Shown here one piece after another: positions 37,105 to 45,678 of a stretch of 64,000 bases of DNA. Position 1 is the first letter of the stretch; the number at the start of each line of letters is the position of its first letter. The notes beneath the pieces are model-generated. The model had not been told where the DNA came from, made no database searches, and saw only the letters and a list, made by a program, of their open reading frames with translations. Location of the stretch: sequence record NC_048053.1; one strand, written 5' to 3'. The translations under genes were made by a program, and so were the position numbers.

Positions 37105-39404
37105 CAGACTTCCTTCTTAGTAAGCACTGAAATGCCTTTTGTCTTTTTAACTGTCCACTGCTTATCTGAGAATTCTTCGACAGGCTGCGGAGTAAGCCAA
37201 TAGATATTAGGCACAACACGTTTCAAAATTGGTAAGAAGTTTTCAATCAGGTGATCGCGAACAGCAGGACTACAGTTTGATTCCGGTTCATCCAGCACAA
37301 TAAAATCGGGGCGGCGATTTTCCGGAACGAACGGAAGAATACTTATCGCCCACAGCAAACGGAAACAGTTTGTTTCTGCGCCGCTCATGATACTGAAATC
37401 AGTTGTTGTTCCATTACTCAAACGAGTTACTTCCGCGCCGATCCCTTGAGGGCAAGTGAACAAGCGCCACTGCATAGGCTCCGGATAAACAAGATGGCTG
37501 TTCTCGTTTAGCTTATCGCTAATCAACTGGAGACGACCTTCCATCGCATCAAGTTTCAATGCGGTGCCGCTATATGCTTTGTATAACGTTTCATACAGCA
37601 CACGCTTATCAATCAACGGTTGAAGTTTTGAAAGTTTGGTGCGCAAGTCAACAAGAGTATCTTCATAGTGATCATACTCCTGAACTTTTGAAATAACTTT
37701 CTGCGCACTGCGCTCAAGATCTGCAATCTGAGAAGTGAGTTCCTTGATCTGAGAATCAACGCTTTCATATTCCTTATCGATTTCTTTCGCGCTCTTAGAT
37801 GGCTTCTTAAATGCTTTAAGAGACTGGCTGAGATCGCGGAATTCTTCGAGGCGCTCGATACGCTTCTCAATATTCTTACACGGTCTTTTCGGTTCGTGAA
37901 CCTGTTCCGGTTTTTCCAGAGACTCAAGTTTAACAATAATGGCGTCACGTTTCTTGATAGTCTCAAACTCTTCGGCGATAGCATCAATCTTCGCACTGAC
38001 TTTCTTCAAACGTTTTTTCAATTCATCCTTGTCATGTTCCGGTTTAGAAACTTTATTCTTTTCCAGATCACGCAATTCAGATTTGATTTCGTAATACTCT
38101 TGCTGAGAGCGGATATCCTTGATAAGTTTTTCCGCTTTTTCGGCGGCGCGTTTCATTGCACGAAGATCAACATCTTGTCCACATGTAGGGCAAGTTTTAC
38201 CGTCAACCTTATGGGAAAGTTTTTCGTAAGCACGGACGATACTCTGCGCCTCTGCCAGTTCTTCATCCAGTTCTTCGGATTTTTTCTTTGGCTTTTTCAG
38301 TTTGGAAAGTGATTTGGTAAGACGCTTAACATCATCCTTCCATTCCTGATATGCTTCGAGTTCTTCCTCAATAGTGCCAAGAAGTTCTTCAATTTCTTCT
38401 TCTTCGTCAACCAACTTCGAATGCTTTTTAGAAAGCGCTTTAGGGTCGGCTTCTGATTCAGGAAGTTCTTTCAGTTCCTCTGTCAGCGCTGCATGGCGTT
38501 TGCGATATTTTTTGAGTTCAGATTGATAGTCTTCGAACTTCTCAATCTTACGCAAGATGCCTTCCAGATTTTTCAATTCCTTTTTCGGATTAGCTGATTC
38601 AACACCGAGCTTAGAAATCTCCGAAAGAATTTCATAATAACGACGAGCATCTTTTCGTTCGGCTGTAAGTTCTGCGAAACGTTCGTACAGTTCATTTCGC
38701 TTCTCTTTCAGTTCATCACTTTTCTTCACAAACTTTTTCGCTTTCTTGCGAGTGTCGTCTGTTACTTTCAATGCTTCCTGTTTTCGCGCAGTAACATCAT
38801 AGATATCTGCTACGCCTTTACTTTCTTTTTCTGCATCTTTAGCTGCATCAAGTTTCAGCTTAACGGCAGCACGAATGCGGTCATAAACATCAAGACCAAA
38901 CAACTCTGTCAGATATTTAAGACGTTCGGCAGGCTTCGCACGCTGGAAAGGATGAGGAACTTGAGTTTGAATATAGCAGTAGCTATAGAATTCATCAGGG
39001 GAAAGAGGAAAGTGTTTTTTAATCCACGTCTTCGCCACGTCCTGACGATCAACTTTCTGATCTTCTCCGTTCAGGTATACTTTATATTTGCTCGCCGTCT
39101 GTTCAACACGCACCAAACCACCAAGCGGAGATTGCCACTCAAGCGTAATTGAACTTCCTTTTTTGAGCATGTTTGTTTTGCTACGCTTCGTGAGAGCGAG
39201 CGGATCAGCTTCGTACAATAAATTTGGAAGCGTACCAAACATCAAACTTTTACCGACGCCGTTTTTATTATCTTTTACGTTAGGGCTATCGTTGTTGATT
39301 CCTGAAACAGTTACGAAACCTTGTTGATCCAGATTTTTTAATTCCAGTTCCTGATACACAACAACGTTTTTTAACTCAATGCTCTTTAGCGAGATACCGG
39401 GCAT
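37104..39404 (-). CDS. sbcC: Rad50/SbcC/gp46-like SMC ATPase
   Basis: Walker A NGVGKS, Q-loop, coiled coils, Zn hook CPTCGQ, signature MSGAE, Walker B VLDEPE. Confidence 0.92.
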   Translation of the reverse strand: MPGISLKSIELKNVVVYQELELKNLDQQGFVTVSGINNDSPNVKDNKNGVGKSLMFGTLPNLLYEADPLALTKRSKTNMLKKGSSITLEWQSPLGGLVRVEQTASKYKVYLNGEDQKVDRQDVAKTWIKKHFPLSPDEFYSYCYIQTQVPHPFQRAKPAERLKYLTELFGLDVYDRIRAAVKLKLDAAKDAEKESKGVADIYDVTARKQEALKVTDDTRKKAKKFVKKSDELKEKRNELYERFAELTAERKDARRYYEILSEISKLGVESANPKKELKNLEGILRKIEKFEDYQSELKKYRKRHAALTEELKELPESEADPKALSKKHSKLVDEEEEIEELLGTIEEELEAYQEWKDDVKRLTKSLSKLKKPKKKSEELDEELAEAQSIVRAYEKLSHKVDGKTCPTCGQDVDLRAMKRAAEKAEKLIKDIRSQQEYYEIKSELRDLEKNKVSKPEHDKDELKKRLKKVSAKIDAIAEEFETIKKRDAIIVKLESLEKPEQVHEPKRPCKNIEKRIERLEEFRDLSQSLKAFKKPSKSAKEIDKEYESVDSQIKELTSQIADLERSAQKVISKVQEYDHYEDTLVDLRTKLSKLQPLIDKRVLYETLYKAYSGTALKLDAMEGRLQLISDKLNENSHLVYPEPMQWRLFTCPQGIGAEVTRLSNGTTTDFSIMSGAETNCFRLLWAISILPFVPENRRPDFIVLDEPESNCSPAVRDHLIENFLPILKRVVPNIYWLTPQPVEEFSDKQWTVKKTKGISVLTKKEV

Positions 39405-39406
39405 AA

Positions 39407-39607
39407 TTACATCCAGATGTGAGCAGGTTCGTACCACAGATTATCGTTAGGATAATCTTTCGCAAGTTTTTCCAATTCCTTTTCAGGATCAGCAAACACC
39501 TGACTTACGATTTCTTTTTCGTGTTCAGGTTCGTGCGTGTAAGGATTAATATCAAGCGCATGGCGGCAGATATGAAAACAAGGAATTTGTCGTGCAAGAG
39601 AATACAT
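39407..39607 (-). CDS. Hypothetical protein (66 aa)
   Basis: Preceded by the CTGTAAA motif; abuts sbcC. Confidence 0.65.
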   Translation of the reverse strand: MYSLARQIPCFHICRHALDINPYTHEPEHEKEIVSQVFADPEKELEKLAKDYPNDNLWYEPAHIWM

Positions 39608-39644
39608 AATGAATACCAGAGTTAATTAGACCTATATCCATATT

Positions 39645-39654
39645 TTTACAGTTT
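39645..39654 (-). promoter_or_regulatory. CTGTAAA motif heading the sbcC operon
   Basis: AAACTGTAAAAA directly after a terminator. Confidence 0.5.
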
Positions 39655-39660
39655 TAAACG

Positions 39661-39690
39661 TGAAAAAGGGCAGCAAGTGCCACCCTTTTA
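39661..39690 (-). terminator. Terminator, GGGTGGC/GCTGCCC family
   Basis: GGGTGGC-ACTT-GCTGCCC-TTTTTCA. Confidence 0.85.
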
Positions 39691-39691
39691 G

Positions 39692-39925
39692 TTACGGAAG
39701 TTCCGTGAAGAATTGATCTTTGTCGTAATAACCATCGAAGAGAAATGGCCCCGTCACTGCTTCAAGTCGGAGTTTTTCTTTCAGAAGTTTCATATAGCGC
39801 TCACCGTAAGCGCCCAAATCGGCAGGCCACTTACGCGCTGTTTCATCAACATAGCAAAGGAAAGTATATTCCCAACTTTGTTGCGCTAAATTCGGCGCAT
39901 TGGAAAGAGAAACAAAAATTTGCAT
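39692..39925 (-). CDS. Small protein with MQIFVSLS leader
   Basis: 77 aa; shared N-terminal motif; TAATG overlap. Confidence 0.7.
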   Translation of the reverse strand: MQIFVSLSNAPNLAQQSWEYTFLCYVDETARKWPADLGAYGERYMKLLKEKLRLEAVTGPFLFDGYYDKDQFFTELP

Positions 39926-40359
39926 TAGCGCCTCCGCTTTTTGCGTTTAACTGTAGATTTAGGCAATTTGATTTTCTTCATTGCCTCGCGAGCTTCGGAG
40001 ATTTGTTTACGCAAACTAGCTCGACGTTCTTCGTTAGCCTTTTTGTTTGCGTCTGTATCTTCTGTTTTCTCCAACCGCTCCAATTCATTGATCAAGCGAT
40101 CAACTACTCCAGCACGTCCAACCTTTTGCTGTTGGATGCGAGCTACATCTACAGCACGACGACGAATCTTTCCGCGCTCTGCCAGTTCTTTTCTGGCACC
40201 TTGCACATTGCGCTGATTTTCAGTGGCTTCCTGTAAACTATCACGCGCCAACTTCTCACTGCGCTGCGCCTTCTTCACGTTGTCTTTTGCATTTTCTAAA
40301 ACCACTTTCTGTTCTTCGAGAGGGCTTTTCATTTTGCTGAGACTAATGAGAACTTGCAT
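39925..40359 (-). CDS. Basic coiled-coil protein with MQVLISLSK leader
   Basis: 144 aa, rich in R/K/E/A. Confidence 0.75.
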   Translation of the reverse strand: MQVLISLSKMKSPLEEQKVVLENAKDNVKKAQRSEKLARDSLQEATENQRNVQGARKELAERGKIRRRAVDVARIQQQKVGRAGVVDRLINELERLEKTEDTDANKKANEERRASLRKQISEAREAMKKIKLPKSTVKRKKRRR

Positions 40360-40361
40360 AG

Positions 40362-41039
40362 TTACTCCAGAATATTTTCGGTGCGCGGTTTAAACGTTCC
40401 TTTGTTTCCGATTGCCGATTTGATTTGCGTAGGACTGAACACAACATAGAAAAAATGTTCGCCACGTTTCGCAATGATTCCATCCCTTCCGGTTGCGGCT
40501 GCAAACACTTCCGGAAAGCGCCACGATTCCGGCTCACCTGCGTAGATATCCTGAAACAGATTGTTGCCAGCAGTGATAACATCCATGCCAACAAAGTTAT
40601 CCAGATATTCTTTCTTCGCACTTGCCAGACCTTGATATTCAATATCATAGTTTTGTGCGAGAAACTCATTAAAATGAGGGCGCGTTAAACCGTTAGCAAT
40701 TTTAGTTGCTTGCGTAAGAGTCATACGCGGAGGCTTTTCAAAAATGATAGGCTTAGTGATTTTCAAATAGACGGGCATAGTGCTGCCACTATCTTTTGTG
40801 TAGTAGCGAGCGAATTCGGCAGAATCAGTGAAATAAAATCCAATACCGTATTCGTCGTTACCTCCACCCAAACGTTTTTTATCAAACGAATCAAAACTTC
40901 CCGGAGTTCCGTGGTAAACAACGAGAGGATTGCCTTGCGGATCTTTGACAACTGATTTTCCAAACCACTTGTCGAAGGCTGCTTGATCTTTTGAAGTGAA
41001 AGCCGAAATAGGCTTCGACAAACTTATTAGAAGTTCCAT
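40362..41039 (-). CDS. ADP-ribosyltransferase-fold protein (ART-PolyVal-like) with MELLISLSK leader
   Basis: FDKWFGKSVVKD..G.PLVVYHGT, GIGFYFT...A..Y, MPVYL....P, G.DGII, YVVFSPTQIKSA..N.G.F. Confidence 0.75.
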   Translation of the reverse strand: MELLISLSKPISAFTSKDQAAFDKWFGKSVVKDPQGNPLVVYHGTPGSFDSFDKKRLGGGNDEYGIGFYFTDSAEFARYYTKDSGSTMPVYLKITKPIIFEKPPRMTLTQATKIANGLTRPHFNEFLAQNYDIEYQGLASAKKEYLDNFVGMDVITAGNNLFQDIYAGEPESWRFPEVFAAATGRDGIIAKRGEHFFYVVFSPTQIKSAIGNKGTFKPRTENILE

Positions 41040-41057
41040 CGCTAAATCCTTAAAGAG

Positions 41058-41080
41058 AAAAGCGGGATTGCTCCCGCTTT
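41058..41080 (-). terminator. Terminator-like hairpin
   Basis: AAAGCGGGAG-CAA-TCCCGCTTTTCT. Confidence 0.65.
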
Positions 41081-41158
41081 GGAATAAAGTTTCGGTAGCT
41101 CGTACCTACTGCCTAAGTTTTACTTCTTGGCAGTAAAGAAGAGATAAGGATCACCTCC

Positions 41159-41638
41159 TTACTGACCGTAGATCCTACGGCTTGGATACGACTTCATGCG
41201 CTCAACGCCGGGCGTAACAGCCAGCGTTTCATAATAATCTTCCAACGCATCGACGTTAGGAAAGAACACCAGTTGATCTTTCATTTTGCTCCAAACAAGA
41301 TACGAAAGTTTCCGGTTATCTCCTTCAATCGCCAGATAGAAATCACCTGCGCCAAAAGGCGTCTTAACAGGCATAGGCTTCATGAAGTTTACGAAATCAC
41401 TCGCTTGTTTAAGCACACGATCATTGTAGATACAGATTACCCCATCTTCACCAGACGGAACAAAATGCAACTCACCAGTGCGCGATTTCAGCATTCCAAT
41501 TGGAGATTTTGACGTGTCAACATCTGCACCGAAAATCTTCTTACACATATGCTTGATTTCAAGCGGATTCAGGTGCTCAGAATAACGCGTCCACAATAAG
41601 TCTTCCGAGACTTTTGAAAGGGAAAAGACGATTTGCAT
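41159..41638 (-). CDS. Hypothetical protein with MQIVFSLSK leader
   Basis: 159 aa; first gene of the leader-bearing cassette. Confidence 0.75.
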   Translation of the reverse strand: MQIVFSLSKVSEDLLWTRYSEHLNPLEIKHMCKKIFGADVDTSKSPIGMLKSRTGELHFVPSGEDGVICIYNDRVLKQASDFVNFMKPMPVKTPFGAGDFYLAIEGDNRKLSYLVWSKMKDQLVFFPNVDALEDYYETLAVTPGVERMKSYPSRRIYGQ

Positions 41639-41667
41639 TGCAGATTTCCTATGATTGTCTGTAGTAC

Positions 41668-41676
41668 AAAATTAGC
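41668..41676 (-). promoter_or_regulatory. TAATTTT motif, candidate late promoter
   Basis: GCTAATTTT, 29 nt upstream of ATG 41638. Confidence 0.45.
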
Positions 41677-41681
41677 GTCAA

Positions 41682-41713
41682 AATGAAAAATGGGCAGCAC
41701 AAGGCCACCCATT
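41682..41713 (-). terminator. Terminator, GGGTGGC/GCTGCCC family
   Basis: ATGGGTGGC-CTTGT-GCTGCCCAT-TTTTCATTT; same stem and loop as the 28321 copy. Confidence 0.85.
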
Positions 41714-41717
41714 AAAA

Positions 41718-42938
41718 TTACTTCAACTTGATTGAAAGTTTCCCGGAATAAATGTCAGACATTAATCCAGTGATTGTACTTTCGAACATCACCTCAACCG
41801 GAATACTGGTTGAGTTGATCGCCAGTTCTATATCACACAATGCTTTCTGCAAATAGATAATCGCGATAGGTTCGATATTGAATTTTGCTTTCTTTCGGTT
41901 GTCGTTGAACTTACGCAGTTCCGCAGTTTGGAACTTATTAGTCTTTGCGATATCGCCGAGAATATAATGCAGAAGCCAACGAGATTTATGCAGCAAACCG
42001 CGAATATCAGCGGAACCGCGAACGGTGCGAATGATTTCGATCAGATCCATTTTGAGATAACCAGTAACAAAGTTTACTGCCATATCTCCCAAATTGATTT
42101 CAGGATCGCTTGCCGCCATATCCAGAACAAGATCGGTATTAAACTCTTCACCGCCTTTAACTGACGAATAGACAGTTTGGAATAAACCGATTGCACCACG
42201 CAACTGACCGCCTGAATATTCAGCGATAGTGCGAATCGCAGCGCGAGCTTCTTTCAGTTCTTTTTTATCCTTCGGCAAAATCTTTTCTGCTTTGGCGATA
42301 ACCTCAAGACGTTCTGCAATCACTTCCGGATCAATCGGATTGATTGGCAGCTTAACGCAACGAGAAAGAATCGTGCTCTTAATCTTTTGCGGATCAGTTG
42401 AGATTAAAACCCAAATAGTATGCGGTGCCGGATTCTCAAGCGGGATAAGGAATTTACTTTCCGCTTGAGTTGTCATCAGGTGCGCTTCATCGAGAATATA
42501 AACGCGACGGCGATACATAGGACTTAACGTACTACTTTCGATGATGCGTTGTGCGCCTTCAACTTTACCGCTATCGTTACCCATATCGTAGGTAAGAATA
42601 TCCGGATGGAAACCGCTATCGAATGCTTTACACGATGGACATTCACCGCACGCATTCAACGTATCGCAGTTGACCGTTTTACCGATGATGTTACCGAACG
42701 TTGTTTTGCCGGAACCTAAGTGACCGCTAATCAACATAACGGAAGGGAAAGTTTTTGTTTTCAACCAACCGCGATATTGCTTATGAATGTGTTCCTGTCC
42801 GATAAAGTCTTCAATACCTTTCGGGCGATATTTGTTTGCGAAGTTAATAGTGCTCAATTCAAACGAGTCACTTGTTTTCTTCTTTTTCTTTTTCTTTGTG
42901 TCTTTTTCTTCAATGATACGGCGCTTTGCTTTGGTCAT
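41718..42938 (-). CDS. dnaX: Clamp loader ATPase, DnaX (gamma/tau)-like
   Basis: KYRP..IEDFIGQEH, SGHLGSGKTT, Zn module C...NACGECPSC, ILDEAH, SRC motif. Confidence 0.92.
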   Translation of the reverse strand: MTKAKRRIIEEKDTKKKKKKKTSDSFELSTINFANKYRPKGIEDFIGQEHIHKQYRGWLKTKTFPSVMLISGHLGSGKTTFGNIIGKTVNCDTLNACGECPSCKAFDSGFHPDILTYDMGNDSGKVEGAQRIIESSTLSPMYRRRVYILDEAHLMTTQAESKFLIPLENPAPHTIWVLISTDPQKIKSTILSRCVKLPINPIDPEVIAERLEVIAKAEKILPKDKKELKEARAAIRTIAEYSGGQLRGAIGLFQTVYSSVKGGEEFNTDLVLDMAASDPEINLGDMAVNFVTGYLKMDLIEIIRTVRGSADIRGLLHKSRWLLHYILGDIAKTNKFQTAELRKFNDNRKKAKFNIEPIAIIYLQKALCDIELAINSTSIPVEVMFESTITGLMSDIYSGKLSIKLK

Positions 42939-42973
42939 TTCTGAATTCCAGTTTTAGGGATCGTATACAAGGA

Positions 42974-42984
42974 ATTTACAGATT
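42974..42984 (-). promoter_or_regulatory. AATCTGTAAAT motif
   Basis: About 36 nt upstream of ATG 42938, just after a terminator. Confidence 0.6.
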
Positions 42985-42989
42985 TGATC

Positions 42990-43025
42990 AAAAAAAAAGG
43001 GAACCGCGTCGTCTTCGGTTCCCTC
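42990..43025 (-). terminator. Rho-independent terminator closing the structured element
   Basis: AGGGAACCG-AAGACGACG-CGGTTCCCT followed by a run of about 10 T. Confidence 0.85.
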
Positions 43026-43029
43026 ACAG

Positions 43030-43280
43030 GGTAATAATGAATCGCTCTTTTTAGTTATGGGTAAACTCCAAAGAAACCTTTTCGAGTCGCTTTGGAGTTT
43101 ACCCGCCGGGCTGTCGGAACCCATTAGATAAACTCCCCCGCAGATTAAAGTGCGAAAGCGGGATACGCACCGGGCGAGTCTTACTGTCATTGGCCTGCCC
43201 GTGTCAGTCACTAGGCCAATGCACGCTCGCCGCTCCACAACGAACCTTCCTGCGAAAAGTTCTTGCAGCGTGAGTTTATA
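43030..43280 (-). ncRNA. Candidate structured non-coding RNA (unclassified)
   Basis: GC-rich intergenic stretch with perfect stems: ATAAACTC/GAGTTTAT, GGCGAG/CTCGCC, CATTGGCCT/AGGCCAATG, GTGCG/CGCAC, 15-bp GGGTAAACTCCAAAG/CTTTGGAGTTTACCC; ends in a terminator. Confidence 0.55.
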
Positions 43281-43851
43281 AATTAGAAAAAATTTCCAGT
43301 TTCTTATCCAAAGTCTGAATAAAGTTTTCGTCGAAAGCAAACACACGCTCAAAAGGAAGATTCTTGTTCCACGGTTGATCAAACAGAATAATGTGTTCTG
43401 CATCTTCTTCGCTGCTTTGACAGGTAAAATGAGGACGGTCATCAAAGATGATGAAATCTTCGTTATCAAAAACTTCTTGCAGAAACTCAATCTTGTTAGG
43501 AGAAGAGAAAGGATCAAGGAAGTAGTGATCAGAGAAAAGATTCCACTCTTCTTCGGTGAAGAGTTTGCGAGTAAGGATTGCTCCGAGTTTGTGATAGCCT
43601 CGATGCGAGCACGAATAAATTTCGTGGCCTTCCGCAATCAGACGACGAACCGTAGAAATAAAACCTTTACGAATTTCTACTTTATCCATGAAATACGCAG
43701 ACTCCATCAAACCGAGGAATCCAGAGCCGCCATTATCTTTTGTGAAATACTCATTCAACGGAATATCGTCACCGTGATTTTCTTTCAGATATTTGACGTA
43801 AAAAGGATGAGTGCATAAAGCAGTATCATCCCAATCAAAAACAATCTTCAT
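43276..43851 (-). CDS. HAD-superfamily 5'(3')-deoxyribonucleotidase-like
   Basis: MKIVFDWDDT, IIFDDRP, LFDQPWN. Confidence 0.8.
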   Translation of the reverse strand: MKIVFDWDDTALCTHPFYVKYLKENHGDDIPLNEYFTKDNGGSGFLGLMESAYFMDKVEIRKGFISTVRRLIAEGHEIYSCSHRGYHKLGAILTRKLFTEEEWNLFSDHYFLDPFSSPNKIEFLQEVFDNEDFIIFDDRPHFTCQSSEEDAEHIILFDQPWNKNLPFERVFAFDENFIQTLDKKLEIFSNL

Positions 43852-44183
43852 TAGTGAATCCTTGTTGGAAATGCCAGTGGTACGCCTGAAATAATTCCAG
43901 CATTAAAACCAGCAGAAGGGGCAAATGTTCTCACTTCATCAGAATTTGACAGCTTTCGAATTTCATCGTTAGCTGAAACTTTGAAAGAGATATTCACTGG
44001 AGTATATGAATGATTTTCGAAGCTATACAAATGAGGATCTAAGATCCAAATTCCGTCTCCGTAATCAACCGCAGTACCAATGAACAATAATCCTTCTTGA
44101 AGAAATGAAACGAGAGGCGCTTCTAAAGAAATGGGGAAGAGTAATTCCTCATCCCCTTTCCGATTCAGTTCGTCAATCAACAT
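43851..44183 (-). CDS. Hypothetical protein (MLIDELNRK...)
   Basis: ATG 44183 preceded by GGGG, overlapping the upstream stop. Confidence 0.65.
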   Translation of the reverse strand: MLIDELNRKGDEELLFPISLEAPLVSFLQEGLLFIGTAVDYGDGIWILDPHLYSFENHSYTPVNISFKVSANDEIRKLSNSDEVRTFAPSAGFNAGIISGVPLAFPTRIH

Positions 44184-45150
44184 CCCCGCGAAACTCCTTG
44201 ACTGTAAGGCGCACCGCTTTGTTGAGAGTTTTACCCAAATCAATTCCCTGAGCGAATCGACTGAAACTATACGCGAATAAAGCACGCGCACTTTTCATCG
44301 CCGACTTATCAATATCCGGACGTGCATCACTTACTTCAAGTTCAGCAGGCCAGAATTTTGCAATTGCTTCGCTATCGTTCTGCGCAAGCAATTCCAGTTC
44401 CTTCACGCTCATTACTCGCTGGCGTGCAATGCTTCGCAAAATAATATCGGTGAAAGGAAGAAGATCTTCCGACACCAAATTTTTTACGTCTTTCGCATCG
44501 CCTGCTTTCAGGAAGTCATCGAGAAAACCGATAAGCGTTTCTTGATCCAGTTTCTGAACGTTACGCAGTTTGTTCAGAAGCAGAATCCATTTGATTTTGC
44601 GCTTAGTGGGAACCAAATGTTGATAAATACTTTCACCCAACGCCAGCAACATATTGTTGGTAACGTCTTGCGACAAGCTATCTTTATTCACGCAAATGTT
44701 GAATGAATCATGCCATTCTTCTTTTGCGAATTTGGTTTTGAAGTCGTGGGTTTTGCTACCGCCAGAAACCTGATTGAAATTGATTTCTTTGCAGCGACGC
44801 AGAGCTTCACCGACTCCGTACTTTTCAACGTAAGAAGGAAACTTTTTGCAGGCAATACGAATAGCCTTTCCTACTTGTTCTTCACGTCCGTAAAGATTTA
44901 AAGCAGGCATACCAGAAATTTGTTTCAGACCGACGTAAGGAGTAATACCTACGCCGAAAACTTTTTGCCCCGGTTCCGGATCTTTGCCGAGAATCGCGAG
45001 TATGTCATATTTGGCGCTGAATTTAATTGTTGTCGGTTCCTCAGATGAAAGAGTATTCACCAGATAGCCAACAGTTTTTCCAGTCGCCAGAACAAGAACA
45101 TTTTTGTTGCCACTACGAACAACAAGATATTCACCTGCACGATGTTTCAT
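44173..45150 (-). CDS. Hypothetical protein (325 aa)
   Basis: Long ORF in operon. Confidence 0.8.
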   Translation of the reverse strand: MKHRAGEYLVVRSGNKNVLVLATGKTVGYLVNTLSSEEPTTIKFSAKYDILAILGKDPEPGQKVFGVGITPYVGLKQISGMPALNLYGREEQVGKAIRIACKKFPSYVEKYGVGEALRRCKEINFNQVSGGSKTHDFKTKFAKEEWHDSFNICVNKDSLSQDVTNNMLLALGESIYQHLVPTKRKIKWILLLNKLRNVQKLDQETLIGFLDDFLKAGDAKDVKNLVSEDLLPFTDIILRSIARQRVMSVKELELLAQNDSEAIAKFWPAELEVSDARPDIDKSAMKSARALFAYSFSRFAQGIDLGKTLNKAVRLTVKEFRGDVD

Positions 45151-45194
45151 AACTCAGTCCATTAGAATGCGCGAGTTTCCCCCCGCGCAGAATT

Positions 45195-45671
45195 TTAATC
45201 ACAACCGCCACTGCCGCTATCAGAGCCGTAGTCAGAAGACGGCGAATCGCAACTTGATGGCGCATGATGCGTTACGTGATCATGATGAATGGTATGCGAA
45301 ACATCACCAGCGTAAACTTGCTGATAAGTTTCGTTGCGTGTTTCACTACGCGGAGGCGCAGAGCGATTTAAATTTTGATGGCTAGTGCGTCCGGTTGTTG
45401 CGCCTGCATATTGGAAACGTTTTTGGCGTCGTTGTTTGAAATCGATAACTACCATTTCCAAACATCGAATGGAATCCGGAGACGGAACAACGTAACGAAT
45501 TTTATTTAAAAAGGCGCTGTCTTCTTGAGGCATCAGGTGAACTTTCATTTCCTGAAACAAAGATTCAACTTTGTAACTCACGACATTAAAGCGACTTTTA
45601 CGTTCATCGAAAGACGTTGCTTCAAACACACGATCCAGATCTTCCAAAATCTCTTCGATAGTTGCGCTCAT
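45195..45671 (-). CDS. Hypothetical protein with Ser/Gly/Asp tail ending in CD
   Basis: ...HHAPSSCDSPSSDYGSDSGSGGCD. Confidence 0.75.
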   Translation of the reverse strand: MSATIEEILEDLDRVFEATSFDERKSRFNVVSYKVESLFQEMKVHLMPQEDSAFLNKIRYVVPSPDSIRCLEMVVIDFKQRRQKRFQYAGATTGRTSHQNLNRSAPPRSETRNETYQQVYAGDVSHTIHHDHVTHHAPSSCDSPSSDYGSDSGSGGCD

Positions 45672-45678
45672 GATTTCC

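Noticed and set aside
41107-41137. Hairpin TACTGCC...GGCAGTA after the 41159 gene
   Set aside because: Single short hairpin without a U-tract; probably an mRNA stability or processing element, with too little evidence for more.
43030-43280. tmRNA, tRNA, SRP RNA, RNase P or group II intron identity for the structured element
   Set aside because: No acceptor stem/T-arm/CCA end, no SRP loop or RNase P consensus, and no domain V despite a GTGCG pentamer.
42954-43637. 227-aa ORF running through the structured element
   Set aside because: Overlaps the nucleotidase in another frame, has no RBS or motifs, and would cross a strong terminator.
44173-44330. Zincin-like tail (KSARALFAYSF) in the 325-aa protein
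   Set aside because: No HExxH motif, and the expected Glu residues are absent.
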